Source: Octopus sinensis (taxonomy: Eukaryota). Taken from it: a stretch of DNA of 64,000 nt. Under the pieces are notes generated by a model. It was not told where the DNA came from. It saw only the letters and a program-made list of their open reading frames with translations, and did no database searches. The stretch lies in assembly GCF_006345805.1 (NCBI RefSeq), contig NC_042997.1:10912001-10976000 (forward strand). Direction: 5' to 3'. The first letter of the stretch is position 1; every line of letters starts with the position of its first letter. The position numbers and the translations under genes were made by a program. Shown in pieces: positions 12,075 through 26,500 of the stretch.

Positions 12075-12643
12075 CTAGCTAGTAAAATCTCGAGATCATA
12101 GTAGTAACTATGCTGGCCGTTCTATGTTACTACTAGTTTAACCCCAGGCAGATTGTCTGCCAGCTGGTTATCAGGGCAATGCTGCACCCTCTATATACAA
12201 TATATATTGCTAACAGAGGGAGCGAACCCTTACCATCTAGCAGAGTGGTCCACAAAGGTAGTAATGGGGGTCAGTGAACTAAATTCAAAATTTCATATAT
12301 ACACACACGCACACATATCTTCTTGAGATTTTACAACTACCTCTTTTGCTTGTTACAAATCAGAGGCCGATGGTCACTTTGTTTACTATATATTGCTGGC
12401 TGGAGAGGACTCTGGCAGCCAAGTGCTTGCGACTGAGAATGAACCAAAAAACTCGAAACTGAGTCAGTCCCGTGATCCTGTTATCCGCTAGAGGCTGGTA
12501 GGGGTTCGCCTCTTCTTGCTAGCAATACATATTGTATATGGAGGCTGCAGCGTCACGCTAATGACCAGCTGGCGGAAAATCTGCTTGGAGTTAGACTAGT
12601 TGTAACATGGAATAGCGACTTTGATGTGTCGAATGACTTTACT
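12075..12643. mobile_element. Old foldback/Mutator-like MITE with long TIRs
   Basis: Diverged inverted arms about 12117-12240 and 12485-12612; flanking 10-bp direct repeat TCCTATAAGA at 12065-12074 and 12644-12653. Confidence 0.7.
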
Positions 12644-12809
12644 TCCTATAAGAATATTTCATAGAAATTTTGAGGGGAAAAAGAGATGTAGTAAGATGTG
12701 CTCTTTAAGCCAACTGATGAAAGCATTAGATATGTTTCAGTCTTAATACATCTCAGCGAAACAAATTCTACTCAGCTGACAAGACTAAGAGTTATCAATA
12801 TATATAGCC

Positions 12810-12972
12810 ACAGGTGTGGTTGTGTGATTGAGAAGCTTACTTCCAAACCATATGATTACAGGTTCAGTCCCAGTACATGACACCTTGAGCCAGTGTCTTC
12901 TAATATAGCCAAGGCCAACCAAAGCCTTGTGAGTAAATTTAGTAGAAATAAACTGAAAGAAGCTTGTTGTAT
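12810..12972 (+). mobile_element. tRNA-derived SINE
   Basis: GGTTCAGTCCC B-box-like motif and GTGTCTTCT..ATAGCC..CCAAAGCCTTGTGAGT core. Confidence 0.75.
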
Positions 12973-12973
12973 A

Positions 12974-13378
12974 CATCATCATCATTTAACGTCCGTTTTC
13001 TATGCTGGCATGGTTTGGATGGTTTGACTGGGAACTGGCAAGCAAGGAGGTCACAACAGGCTCCAATCTGATTTGGCAGTGTTTCTACAGCTGGATGCCC
13101 TTCCTAACGCTAACCACTCCGAGAGTGTAGTGGGTGCTTTTTATGTGCCACCGGCACGGGAGCCAGTCAGGTGGCACTGGCATCGGCCACGTTCGGATGG
13201 TGCTTTTTTTTACGTGCTACCGGCACAGGAGCCAGTTGGGGCGTGGTGGCTGACATCGACCACGTTCGGATGGTGTTTTTTACGTGTCACCGGCACGGGG
13301 GGCCAGTCAGATGGCACTGACAACGAGCCATGCATGCATGGTGCTTATTGTGTTCCACCAGCACGGGAGCCAGTCAGG
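12974..13378 (-). mobile_element. RTE 3'-end repeat with tandem units
   Basis: (CAT)n followed by reverse core CAGCTGGATGCCCTTCCTAACG; four tandem units. Confidence 0.85.
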
Positions 13379-15136
13379 AAACAATCTAGTATCTCACCAT
13401 CTCTGGTTATAATCTACACACAACGAAAACCCCTAATGTCACTACAAATGCTAGGACTCACTATCTATGAGACCTTTGATGGTGATTGTACACATACAAC
13501 ATCGTCAAAATTGTATCAATTATATCTTTAAAATAAAGAAATACTTCAGATTTAATCAGTTGCTGACCCTCTACAAATCTCAAAGCCTACAGTGAAGACC
13601 TGTTCACATTTATGATACACTGCTACTGTTGCTATACACTCAAACAAAAATCTGCTAGGCTGACTATTCAACCATGTTAAACCACTAATTCAGAAACTAT
13701 TTTCTCAGCCTTATCCATCATAACTATAATGACATCTGAACTAACTAGATGTACACCCTCTCCACCCAGACCTATCCATCTCTCCTTTAATTCTTTTTTT
13801 ATTCCCTGGACCCTGCACGAAGCATTTCATCCAGTTCTTTCTCGATTACAGAATCCCAATCTTCTCTTACAGGTTTCTTGCAAACATTGACATCAACTGC
13901 ATCAAACTTACCGTTATCTAGAAGAAAAACCCCAGGGATTTATTCTGAGTTTCTTTTCTTAAGTAAACAAAAAAAATTGCAAGGAACACATGTCAGATGC
14001 ATTGTTGTTTAGCCTATGGGTTTCACATATCAGATAACACGATGAGGAAACTATGCAGTATAAGAAACCTATTTAACCCCTGACAGCATGAAAACATAAA
14101 CGTTAAAACAACGATGACAAAGATTACGATGGTGTTGATGATCAACATCTTTGTGAATCGCATAGAATATGTTTACCCTGTTTTAGTATCATATATAAGA
14201 TGGTAGCAGACAAATTGTACACAAGGAATAAAGGTTTTAAAATCAAATTGAAAATTGAATAAATTACTTATTTTAATATTCTCTCCAAATCAAGGTATAA
14301 CTAATTTTGAAAATTCTTTCTAGATATCACTATCTAAAACGAGAGTTGAGGGAAGTAGTTCTGAATACAGGTATTCCTGAGAATATTTGATGGTTGCGGC
14401 TGAAAAACTTTGATGAAAGGTTTGTTCAATAAGGTTGATCTGAAGCCGATCAACAAGCGTTAGGATATCAATCAATATTGAACTCCAGTATCGAGGAGAT
14501 GGAGAGCTGGTCCTAAACTCACTTTTCTATAATATATAGAGGATGAGAAATAAATCTGATCCTCATTACGATGATAATCTAATACAAGTAACTTTCCTTA
14601 TTCTAAGCAAGTGTAATTAATTTTCTTCTTCATAAACATCGAACCATCTGCAAGGGTTAAAAGGATAAATGATTAATGAATGCTTCTTTACCTCAATCAC
14701 TATGGAAAGCTTATAATCTGTTGTCAATTAAAACTGAGTTTACTTGCGCTCATTCGTACGATACATTATCATTTAAACTGTCTAGAGTGATTTGATCTGA
14801 GAGAGAGACAGAGACATGTAAACCGTTTCTATGGGTGCTTCCCAGGAAATTGGCAGCGATAGAGAAGTTACCAACATGGTTTTTAAGAGTTAAGACTGAT
14901 ATTTATATTTTAATTCATCATTAAATATTTTTATTCAAATTAATTAAATTAGCATACACCAATATTTTAGCTGTTGTATGAATGTTTAATGTTGAAATAA
15001 TTAACAGAGCTAGTGAATACTATCTTTTGATAAATTACCATAAATTATAAATTACTTAAAACGTTTCGTTTCACTAAAAGTCGTTCGTTCCAGCAAATAA
15101 AGCCAATTTTGAGTTGCACCCCCTTTTCTGACAGCA

Positions 15137-15162
15137 ATGGAGGAGTATGCACGTGATCCATG
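15137..15162 (+). CDS. TIMM17: TIM17 coding exon 1 (MEEYARDP)
   Basis: GCAATGG start context, GTCAGT donor. Confidence 0.93.
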
Positions 15163-18100
15163 GTCAGTAAAATTAGAATTGATTTTTATAATAGTTTATT
15201 AATTACATGGTTTCATTTATCTATAAAATTACATCTAGAAGTCACATATGTTATTTTATTTGTTATTACACTATAAGTTTAATGACGATATAATTTCATT
15301 TGCGTAGTGTTTATGTCGACGACAAGGCATGTTCGGTAATACGTTGTTTTGCTCGAATACGACTTAAATGTTTTGAATCATTTATAAAGATAAAGATTTT
15401 CTATCAATAACAGTTTGTGATTGACTATAAGTAACTCAATACTTTAACATATACCATTTTTCTGGTTTTCTGGTGTGTTTATTATCCTCGTTGATCACAT
15501 ACTATGCACTTCCGTTTACATTTGTTATTACGTAAGCCACACATGTATTTACGAAATATTCATGTCCGTTACTGCTTCATAAACATTTTCATGTTTTCAG
15601 AAGGACCCTCTACTCACACCACACATCTATTTCAAGAGATGTTTTAACTAGCTTTTTGCTGATGCAAGATCATCGCTAGTTTCTTCAAATTATAGTTTAT
15701 CCCCTCCTTTTTATACTTAGGCTATGCTATACATACTATTAAATGCGGTTCAAATAGATTATTTCGTAATTTGAATATACTATTGTAGGAGTTAATAAAA
15801 TGGAAATTGGAAATTGCTTAATATAAGGTTGTCCCAAAAGTTCGTAGAAAGTCTTGGAAAATAATGGTCTTTATTTTGAGGAATAATTTTTGTTGATTTT
15901 GTTAGTACTTGGCGAGTAAAAATTCAATTTTCGCAAGTGTTTACTAACTTTTGGGACAACCTAATATGTAAAAAGAAATTTCTATAAGTTGGGTACTCTT
16001 CTAAAAGCCGGTACTACTGTTCTTAAGTGGTACCCTTAAAGCCAATGTTAGTGGAACGTAACGAATTTTTTTATCAGTGCCTCGCGCTAAATGAGATCAA
16101 GTTCAAACTTTAGGGCCCGGTTCACTCCCTCATTTTCTGTTAGTGTTTTAAGAGATATACATACCGTTTGAACAGCGTTTAATTTTGATTGTTAGCTGAG
16201 ATTTTACAAAAAGTTAGTATCTTTTTTTCATATATTCCATATATTTAAATATGAAAAATGAGCAGGATTGATTCTCAAAAAAAAAAAAAAAAAAAAAAAC
16301 AAACAGAAATGTGGGAGAAAACGGTAACATATATGTCAAAACAGTATCTAGAAAGAAACTCATTTTAAATGTTATATATCTAGTAATGTTCTTGCTGAAA
16401 ATACATTGCATACAATATATATTTCTGTGTAAGTTATGTGTATTTTCCTAACCAAAAACCGAAAGTGTAATAATGTATGAAAAAAAATTTGAACATCTCT
16501 TTTTATTTTACCTTAGAGTTAAACATACAGAAATTATTTATCACATTAATATGAAAATTTATACACGCTTCATTCATCTACGTGCTTTTCCACAAAAATA
16601 TATCTAACTGCTTTTTGACCTTGGCAATTTTATTCTCCCCTTAACCTTCGTTATATCTTCTGCTAACATCCTAGACGGAGGTTACAGTTTTAATATACTG
16701 AATACAATTAAAATTGTATTCACTTGTCATTAAATACTTCTTAATTACGAATGAGAAGTAGAAAGCAGAAATCTATTTGTCACTCTTTCTGATAAACTAA
16801 TGTACTTTTGACGTGCGGTCACAAAATATCGATCTTTTATTCGAAGACTTTTTGCATATCGATCTCAGTTTAACCCTTTTGATACCGCTCTGGTTCTATG
16901 AATCAAAGTTACTGTTTTAAAGTAATCTAAAATAGAATCTTCTACCAAAATTTCCTTAATCTATAACAAACACCAGCTCAATAATAAAGTTATTTTACTA
17001 AATTCCTTATTATTCTAAAAATTGAAACAGGCGATGTATTTCAACCGAAATATGGTAACAGCAATTAAGATTGTCTATACATCCCTCTCTCTCTCCTCTC
17101 TACTTTATATCGTAAGGTTAACCAACAGACATGAAAAAAATATTTTTAAATTCTGTTTTAAAGCATTCAGATCGCTTCTTGTTTGTAGACAAATCATGAA
17201 GCTATTGATAGGTTTAAACTTGTAAACTGCCATGATATTCACAGTTCACCTTTAAATTCAGAGCAAGTTCACCTCGGCAAAGTCGTGCACTTTTAGCTAC
17301 GTAAACTGAGTGAGTGCTGCTAATGAAAACAACGCTGCATTAAATATTTCTTAAAGTGCTCCTAGGCACAAAATTTAACGACAGATTGTACCTTTTTAAA
17401 AAAAAAGCTTGCAATATTGCTGAAATTCAGAATTATTACCTGAGCAAAAAAAAAAAAAATAATAATAATTAGAAGATAATTAATTTTACACATAAGGAAG
17501 AAAACAGGAACGTTCAGTTAATTTCCCAAGCTAATAGATCATCCAGAAACATTTTTTTCATTATTTACAGATAAAGTAACAAAACGAATTTCTAATTTTT
17601 GTCCCGTGTTTTTGTTCAGAATTTCATACATTGATGTCATGAATAAAATACATTTTTAAAATATCAAATTATTTATATTTAAATTAATGCACTTTACTTT
17701 TCAATTTCTTTTTCTTTGCATCTTTTTTTTTTAGTCCTTGGAGAATAGTGGATGATTGTGGTGGTGCCTTTTCTATGGGTGCCATAGGAGGGTCTGTATT
17801 TCATGGAATCAAAGGATTTAGGAATGCACCCAGTGTAAGTTTGTTTGTTGTTTCACTGTTTCAGGATTCTATTACTCTTTTCTTTATAAAACAATGCCTT
17901 GAAATGTATTTTTCCAACCCATTCTAGCAGTAAAAAGCAGACAAAATGAAGGATTTAAGATAGTTTTGAATTGTCTGTAAGCAGTACATAATTTTTAGTT
18001 TACTGTTTCCTGTAGGATTGAGTAGCCACCACTGAGATTAAAGAGACTAGTTATCTCCTTTCAAATTATATTTGATATTGTCTACCCATTGTCTTCATGG

Positions 18101-21100
18101 CAAACTAAAAAATGAGCACCTTCTTTGGGAACAGGGTTTCAGTCATACACTGCAAGTAGCCTCAAACTTATATTAGATTAACCAAAGTAGCCTCTGGGTT
18201 CTTAAAAGCTTTCTATTTGCAAATTTAAAATTACGTTAATCTTGGATAAGAAGCAACACTCATGAATTTTATAGGCCTTCTAGGACTGGTGAGTTCAGTT
18301 TGTATTTCTGTTGGTTAAACATGGACAGTTTTGAGATAAAATGATCCATCACCATCATTTAACATCCGCCGTCTCATTCTAGTATGGGTTGGACAGTTTG
18401 ACAGGAGCCTGCATCAGACTTTTGTGTCTGTTTTGGCAGGATTTTTACAGCTGGATGCCCTTCCTAACACCAACCACCCAGCAGAGACGACAGAGTGCTT
18501 TTTACTTGGCATGAGCACAGGCAAGGTTGCTTTTGCCAAGGTTTTTACTGCTGGATGCCATTCCAAATGCCAACTACTTTACAATGTGGACTGGATGCAT
18601 TTTACGTCCACACTGCTAAGTGGGCAAGCAAAGTATTTATGATATACTCTTGATTGAGACAGTAGATATTATTTGGAAAAGCAAGTGCACCAGCTGATCC
18701 TGAGTGAAAGTATTGCACAGCTGGCTAGTTTGTGTATAAGCTGTTTCAATATGTTGGGGATTGAGTCTTTACTAGTCTGCCAGATGGTATTTGTTTTTGA
18801 ATGCAGTGTCATTATACTTGTAACAGTTGCACTGTCTAAATTTTGTGACCAGGATTCCAATATAAGTCTTACTTGAATACTGTTCAGTATCAGTAACCAA
18901 TAGGGTCTAAAATCTTAGTTTGTTGATAGAATTGTTTGTTATATCTTCATTAGAGAATGTTTTCCCTATCTCTGTTCTTAGAAGCAGTGCATGCCAATTG
19001 TAAGGCACCTGTAGCTCTTCTGGAACCATACTGGTAATTCAAAGAAAATGAATAGTTGCTGATGAAAGAGTTTGTTTACAACTTTTTCAGTCGTCTTTGA
19101 TATGTTGGGAGGGATGGCAGCAGATGACAGTATTTTGCATTAATGTACATTGTCACGTGTTTCTGAAGATTGTATAGAGTAAGAAAGAAATTTGCTTTAC
19201 AACTACATAGTTTCTGGATTCAAATCATTCTATAATACCTTGATAAGTGGTTTCAATGTTCTGTGAGAAGAGTTGTGCCATTCAGATGTTTTTGTTGTTT
19301 TTTTTCCTCAGTACAGTAATACCTCACTTAATGAGGACCTGCTTTATGAGACCCCAGGTTTACGAATTTTAATTTATAATAAATTTTCCAAGCACAAGAT
19401 CCAAATTTTGAATGGCAAAAGTTTCTACTACCATAATAATTGCTTCTGCATGTTACCAAGAAATTTATAGAGAGCAGAAAAAAGCTTCTTCTAAGCAAAC
19501 AACTCTAGTCTGTCTACAAGTGCTTGTGAATTGGCAATTGCATCTACAAGTGATGGTTTGTTTGTATGTGAGTCTAGTGAAATGTATTCAGAATGCAATT
19601 ATAATATTTTTTATTATAAATGAACTTGACATTCTTTATACTTTACATGAAATATTCTTTGCATTCTACTGTTGTTTTATTGCCCTTTATTTACAAGTAT
19701 TATAAATTTTATAGGTAAAATATTTTTCGTAGAATAAATTATGGTTTGTAACATTGCTACTATGGGAAAGTATTGCTCTGCTTTATGAGTTTTCATTTTA
19801 CAAGCGGTCTCTTGGAACAAATTAATTTGTATATCAAGACATACTGTACAATGTAAAAAGCTGGTTATTAAAAAATGCCATTCACATGATATTAGCTCCA
19901 GGTCAACTGTGATCAAAAGGCATTCTGTCAATGATAATCCAACCATTTTTCATGTTCAGTGTATCCAGGGTGACATCCTTTATGGCTTTCTTTTTTGAGA
20001 CAGTGAGGTGTGATGTGAGGGCTATTTGGCTGCTATTTCTGACAGAACAAGCCACTATATATTGATTTTCTCATAATCTAACATTTATTAGTGCATAGAT
20101 TTAAATAGATATTGTTTACAGTGCGAAAAGTATGTGATGTTAGTCTGATTCACAGTTCGACCATTACGTTTTACTTGCAATTTCTAACTGTAGTCATTAT
20201 ATGATTGATGAAGCTTTCACTGGTGACCCATTAACACATTAAGCATTACAAAATGTTTTTTACAGTCAAATATTCCTTAAGTCCTTTTATGAACTCTTTA
20301 TTTATTCAAAAATATTAATCTGATTTCTATGTATTTTTTCCAGGGACATTACAGACGACTAATTGGCAGTTTTGTTTCCATCAAACAGAGAGCTCCTGTT
20401 ACTGGCGGTAAGTGCTCTACATAGCTATATGTACTTATGGTGCCATTTGTTGTTCTCAGGTCATACTCCCATGACAATAGTGTTTGAAAAATTTTGCAAC
20501 ACTTTCTCTCTGACTCCATGTATGTATGCATATCATCATCATCATCATCATCGTCATCATTTAACGTTCGTTTTCTGTGCTGGCATGGGTTGAGTAGCTT
20601 AACAGGAACTAGTAAAGCCAGGAGGCACACCAGGTTCCATCATCTGTTTTGGCTTGATGCCCCTTCTGATGCCAACCACTCTACAGAGTGTACTGGGTGC
20701 TTATTTATGTGGCATCATCACTGGTACTTTTTAAGTGGCATCAGCACCAGTGCTTTTTAAATGGAACCTTGGTTTTAGGATCTCAATTCTGTTGTGGTGG
20801 ATGGGTTTTCTCAAGTACAGCAATGCACCACATATCTTGGTCCTCTGTTATCTCCTTCATATGGTTCAGCATTTTGAGATCAGCCTTCTGTACACATTCA
20901 CAGAGGTTTGCATGTTGATGTTCCATGTTTTTCATCAATTGAGCAAAATAGTGATATTCGTTGTTGACCAGTCTCTCTGAGCTTCCAAAGACACCTGAAA
21001 TAAAATTCCCCCTTTTGAAATAACTCCCCAGCCACGCCTATGCTAGCATAGAATATATATAATTCTAGCTTGACTAAGCTTCATGCACATCAGTTAATGT

Positions 21101-23562
21101 TCTGTATGCTGTTTTAGTAAGAATAATTCCATTCTTATCAGGCTGTGATTGATTGATTTGGTTTTCATACTTGAGGAAGCAGAAACACACAGAAATATGT
21201 CTTGTGATCCAATGATGTCATTCACAAAAATATTTCCACACACGCCTAGGAGAAATTTTTTTTTGAGACTATTTCCACTGCAAGTCTTATCACTTGTTGA
21301 ATGCACTCAAAATGTGTTTAATGTGAATTTACATAAATATATATAGAGAGAGACAGACAGACAGAATCAGATAAAAAAAATCAAAGGCTGTAAATAGTTT
21401 TCAGAACATTTATAAAGAAAAGGTCTTACAGCTGTTTCCGGGATATTTTATATATGCCTTCATCAGAGATGGTGCAAGAAAATGAGTATTAATTATTGTA
21501 GAGAAAATATGAAATACAGAGGGAAGTAACAGAATGAAAATAGAGATACATAAGGATATTGTATTTGCAGTTCCATTATTCAAGTAGAATGGTGTATATA
21601 AGTTGTGAAGAAATTTCTTGTACATTATGTGTGAGTTCCAATGGTAGTTATGTTTTGTCATTCCAAGCATAGAGCCTGTAAACAGTGTTGTTCGTTCGAG
21701 GGGGATTTTTGATGTGAATTAAAATCTGGGAATGTGTTTGTAATATCAATGGATAGATGGAGGGAGGAGAGATTTCTATGATTAGAAAACAGGAAGAAGG
21801 AAAAGGGAGGGTGACAAAAAAAAATGAAGAGGGAACGAAATGAAATGAGAGAGGGTGTGTTAGCTAGTGGTCAAGATAAAATGATAGGAGGAAGGGAGAG
21901 ATGAGAGGGTAAAGAGTAAAAAAGTGTGAGGTATGTGAGCAGAGGTGGTGTGATAGAGCTGCATTAGGGGATGGGTATAGAAAAGGTAGAGAGAAGGTCA
22001 GGGTAGGGTGATGTGTAAGTGGGTATTAGTTTTGGTGGTAAAAATTGAGGCAGAAATAAGTCAAGTTGCTATAAATAGTTGTGTGATAAGTAGGAAAAGA
22101 AAGAAAGAATGTAAGAGTGTATATCTGGAGAGAAAAAAAAGAACGATTTTTTTTGTGGCCGTTGCCAGTACCGCCTTACTGGCCCTCGTGCCGGTGCCAC
22201 GTAAAAGCACCCACTACACTCTCGGAGTGGTTGGCGTTAGGAAGGGCATCCAGCTGTAGAAATCTGCCAGATCAAGATTGGAGCCTGGTGCAGCCATCTG
22301 GTTCGCCAGTCCTCAGTCAAATCGTCCAACCCATGCTAGCATGGAAAGCGGACGTTAAACAATGATGATGATGTATACACACACCCACACATATATAGAC
22401 ATATACTTCAACATAGGCATATGTATACAAACTCATGTATGTTCACACTCATTCACACATATATATGCTTATTCGTATTTATTTTTGTATATATAAATGT
22501 ATGCACGCAAACACACATGCATAATCATATGTATGAATATATACACACTTGCAATCACACACACAGGCACATATGTGTACATATATATACTTACATATAT
22601 CCACATGCAAATCCATATTTAAATAAAATAGCTATACATATACTCATACATACTCGTTTATATGTATACAAACACATACACACACACACATATATATATA
22701 AAGTTAATCCAAACATGAAAACACAACAACGCGAGGACGTGGAACAAATATAGTATTATTGAACGCTCAAGAAGGAAGGGAAGAAGGAGGGTTTTACATT
22801 TCGAGCGGAGCTCTTCGTCAGAAACATAGGAAAAAGAAAGATCCAGAGAAGGGAAGACGGAGGGAAAAAAATCGCCAACGGTACACACGCAGCCACATTT
22901 TGCATATATATATCATCATCTGATGCTTCTTAGGTCCAGCTTTTCTCTCAAGGTACTTACACTCTGCCGAGTATGAGTACTGACATTACACATCCATCGG
23001 AGCATACTGGCTTCATTTCTTGCGAGCTTACGCATATCCTCAGCAGTCACGGCCCATGTTTCACTGCCATGTAGCATGGCTGTTCGTACACACGCATCAT
23101 ACAGTCTGCCTTTTACTCAGAGCGAGAGGCCTTTTGTCACCAGCAGAGATAAGAGCTCTCTGAACTTTGCCCAAGCTATTCTTACTCTAGCAGTTACACT
23201 TTCAGCACACCTGCCCCCGCTGCTGACTTGGTCACCTAGGTAATGGAAGCTATCAACTATTTCTGGAAAGTGACAGAAGTTGATCTCAGAGCATTTTCAG
23301 TGTTTATTGTTCCTGAGCATCTGCCACATACAAAAACCATCTTCCTATTTAGCCTTCCTTTGACATTGCTGCACCTCTTATGTGTCCATAGCTTACACTT
23401 GGTGCATCCTATAGAGTTTCTACCTACACCTTTTCTACAGATTGAGCAGGGCCATCTACCTGAAGGCGTTTGTGATTTGTCTACCTTCCTACTTATTAGG
23501 ACTTTGGTTTTAGCTAGATTGACTCTAAGACCCTTCGATTATGTTCATATATGTATATACAT

Positions 23563-23593
<31 letters not shown>

Positions 23594-26500
23594 ATTAAAT
23601 GATTGTGATCCTAAAGTAAGAATGGGAGTTAGATAAGGATTAGAATTTAAAATGGAGATTCATAAGGTTGTTGGTGATTACCTACGGGGTATTGTGGAAA
23701 TATACTGTGTGGTTATCTAGGCATTTAGATTTGTGGTAGAATTTGAAGGCATGAAAAAAGCAGTGGTTGCATGTGCTTAGGACCTCATGTTTATTTAGTA
23801 GTGTTGAAGAGTTATGCTTTAATATGTGGAGTGCCTCCTTCAAGCAAAGCTTGCAGGTTGAGCATTGACCTTGGTAAGGAAGCCCTGAATAAATATGAAC
23901 CATGACAACGTATAGGGTATATTTGTATTTTTGAGATGATGTATGTGACTGGCTAGTGTTGTAGATTTACTATGTTTATCGTATCTAAAGGAATGGAGGT
24001 GAGCGGCATATCGTTGTTTAAAATTTATGGTTGTTCCTATATATGTGGGTGTAGAATTGTGTAATGTATTAAGGACAGTGCATTTATAAATCATATATAT
24101 ATATATATATTAGCAAAAGCATGGTACAAATTACCTAGTCATACTAACAAGTGACAGCTAAGCTTTCCTTAAATCCTTAAAAGTGTTTCAGCCCGAAAGC
24201 TACGACCATGCTGGGGCACCACTGTTGTGCCCCAGCATGGCCGTTTATATATTATTTCAGTATTTAGTTGTACAAGTTATTTTCAGTTGTCTTTTTGTTT
24301 TCTCACAGGTAATTTTGCAGTTTGGGGAGGCCTGTTTTCAGCTATTGATTGCTCTTTAGTTTACATTCGAAAAAAAGAAGACCCTTGGAATTCAATCACA
24401 AGTGGTGCACTGACAGGAGCCGTGCTCTCTATCCGAAGTAAGTTATCTGTTTTATTTCTAATTTTCTAAGATTAACTCGAACATCTTTTCATTTAGGCTC
24501 CATTGAAAGCTAACCTTTTTACATTTAGATGTCAAATGTAATGCTTATTCAGTTACATTGTTTGAATTAGTCAAGCAGTATCTCATAGTTTTGAGATTTT
24601 GATGATGTGATTGTACAGTTTTAAAATGACATTAAAGGTTAACTGTGATTGTCCAGACCTGGCCACTTTGAACATAAAACAGGTAGAATATTTGGGCCAG
24701 ATATGTCTGATTTAAAAGCTGAAGGGTTAGAATATCTAAAATTTTAATTACACACAAAGCCAATATTGCGTTAATTATAATCTGAAAATAGGTTTTGTCC
24801 TTATTAGTTTTACCTCATTGAGCAATTAGTTTTAATTCATTGGTTAGTACTACTTTTACTTTTATCATCATTTTTTTTTAACATACTTTTTTCCTTGCTT
24901 GCATGTGTTGGATGGAATTTACTGAAGTGAACCTCCTTTGCTAGAAGATGCCCTTATTTCTCCCAACCCTCTATGACAAACACATTTCCATAGAAGATTG
25001 GAAATGAAGGACACTGCTTGCTTGATAGTAACACTTGTTTACAACTATCATGTTATGTCAAGGAAAGGAGACAGTAACACATGCACAGTGGGTTACTTGT
25101 CAGTCTCTGACAAATGCACTCACAAGGAATTTCTTTGAAACAACTTTCCAAATATATTTTAGGCACAAACTTCATACCTTGTTAATCTTACACACAAAAA
25201 ATTTTTAATACTTTAAAGATGTATCAAATTTTGTTATTTAATTGTATAGTTTAGAATTTAACTGTATCTTCTTTAACTTCATAAGAAATTATTTATTGAA
25301 ATATAGACTTTTGCCTACTTTAGTGGTTAGCTGAATAACTGAGCAGTTACTCTTTTACTTGTTTCAGTCATTTGACTGCGGCCATGCTGGAGCACCGCCT
25401 TTAGTCGAGCAAATCGATCCCAGGACTTATTCTTTGTAAGCCCAGTACTTATTCTATCGGTCTCTTTTGCCGAACCGCTAAGTGACGGGGACATAAACAC
25501 AGCAGCATCGGTTGTCAGGCAATGCTAGGGGGACAAACACAGACACACAAGCACACACACATATATATATATATATATACGTATATACGACAGGCTTCTT
25601 TCAGTTTCAGTCTACCAAGGAGTTTACTTCATAATCATGCTTCTGGGTTTGGTTCCATTGCACTGCATTTAGGAGGTCTCTTACCATTGCTTCCAGTTAA
25701 CCCAAACCTTGTGAAACTGTAAGGAAGTCCATCCGTCAGATGAAGTATATGGATGAACTTTGTTTCCCACCTGGTTCAACATCTCCAACTAGTAATTAGA
25801 TATTGTTTACAGAGTTAATACCATTGTAAGATTCTTACCAAGTGTCTTGTTTAAGGGTAACTTAGTAGTGATTATTTCTCTTTTGCTGCATCCAGTCTTG
25901 GAAACATTCTGTAAAGCTCTTGTATATTCTTACTCTTAGCATAAAATGGAGAAAATTGATTTGGAATCTTCTGATGCCTACTTTCATGCTGTGATAAAAC
26001 TTAAGTGTCTTTCTGTTGACTAGTTTTTTTTTAACTCTTTTATTGCAGATGGTGCTGGTGCAATGGTTGGTTCAGCAATAATTGGTAAGTTGATATTCTT
26101 TCATTTGGGCAAATTTACCTTTTTAGATATTATTCCAAATGTAATGGAGAGTGCTTCAGATAATATGCATGAGTGGTGGACCTAGCTTTAATTCTCTAAT
26201 TATAGATCCTTTTTATGTTTTTTTTTAAGATTCCTTAGGTCTAATAATCAGACACAAAAGTATTGACAACCTGTATTGGTTTGTTTATGTCCTGATAACT
26301 TAGCAGTTCAGCAAAAGAGACCTATAGAATAAGTACCAGGCTTAGGAAAAGTACTGGGGTTGATTCATTCAACTAAAAACTCTTCAAGGCAGTGCTCCAG
26401 CTTGGCCACAGTCTAATGACTGAAACAAGTAAATAATAAAAGATATATATATAAAGATAAGCTAAATATAGCTTTATTAACATTCAAGATGTTTCATGAA

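Noticed and set aside
12714-12742. CTGATGA hammerhead-like core (also at 31143, and CTGACGA at 43424)
   Set aside because: No downstream GAAA..UH with a closing stem I.
13130-13375. Regularly spaced partly palindromic repeats resembling a CRISPR array (also 3985-4175, 5218-5430)
   Set aside because: The inter-repeat segments are homologous rather than unique spacers, the context is a eukaryotic retroelement 3' UTR, and there are no cas genes.
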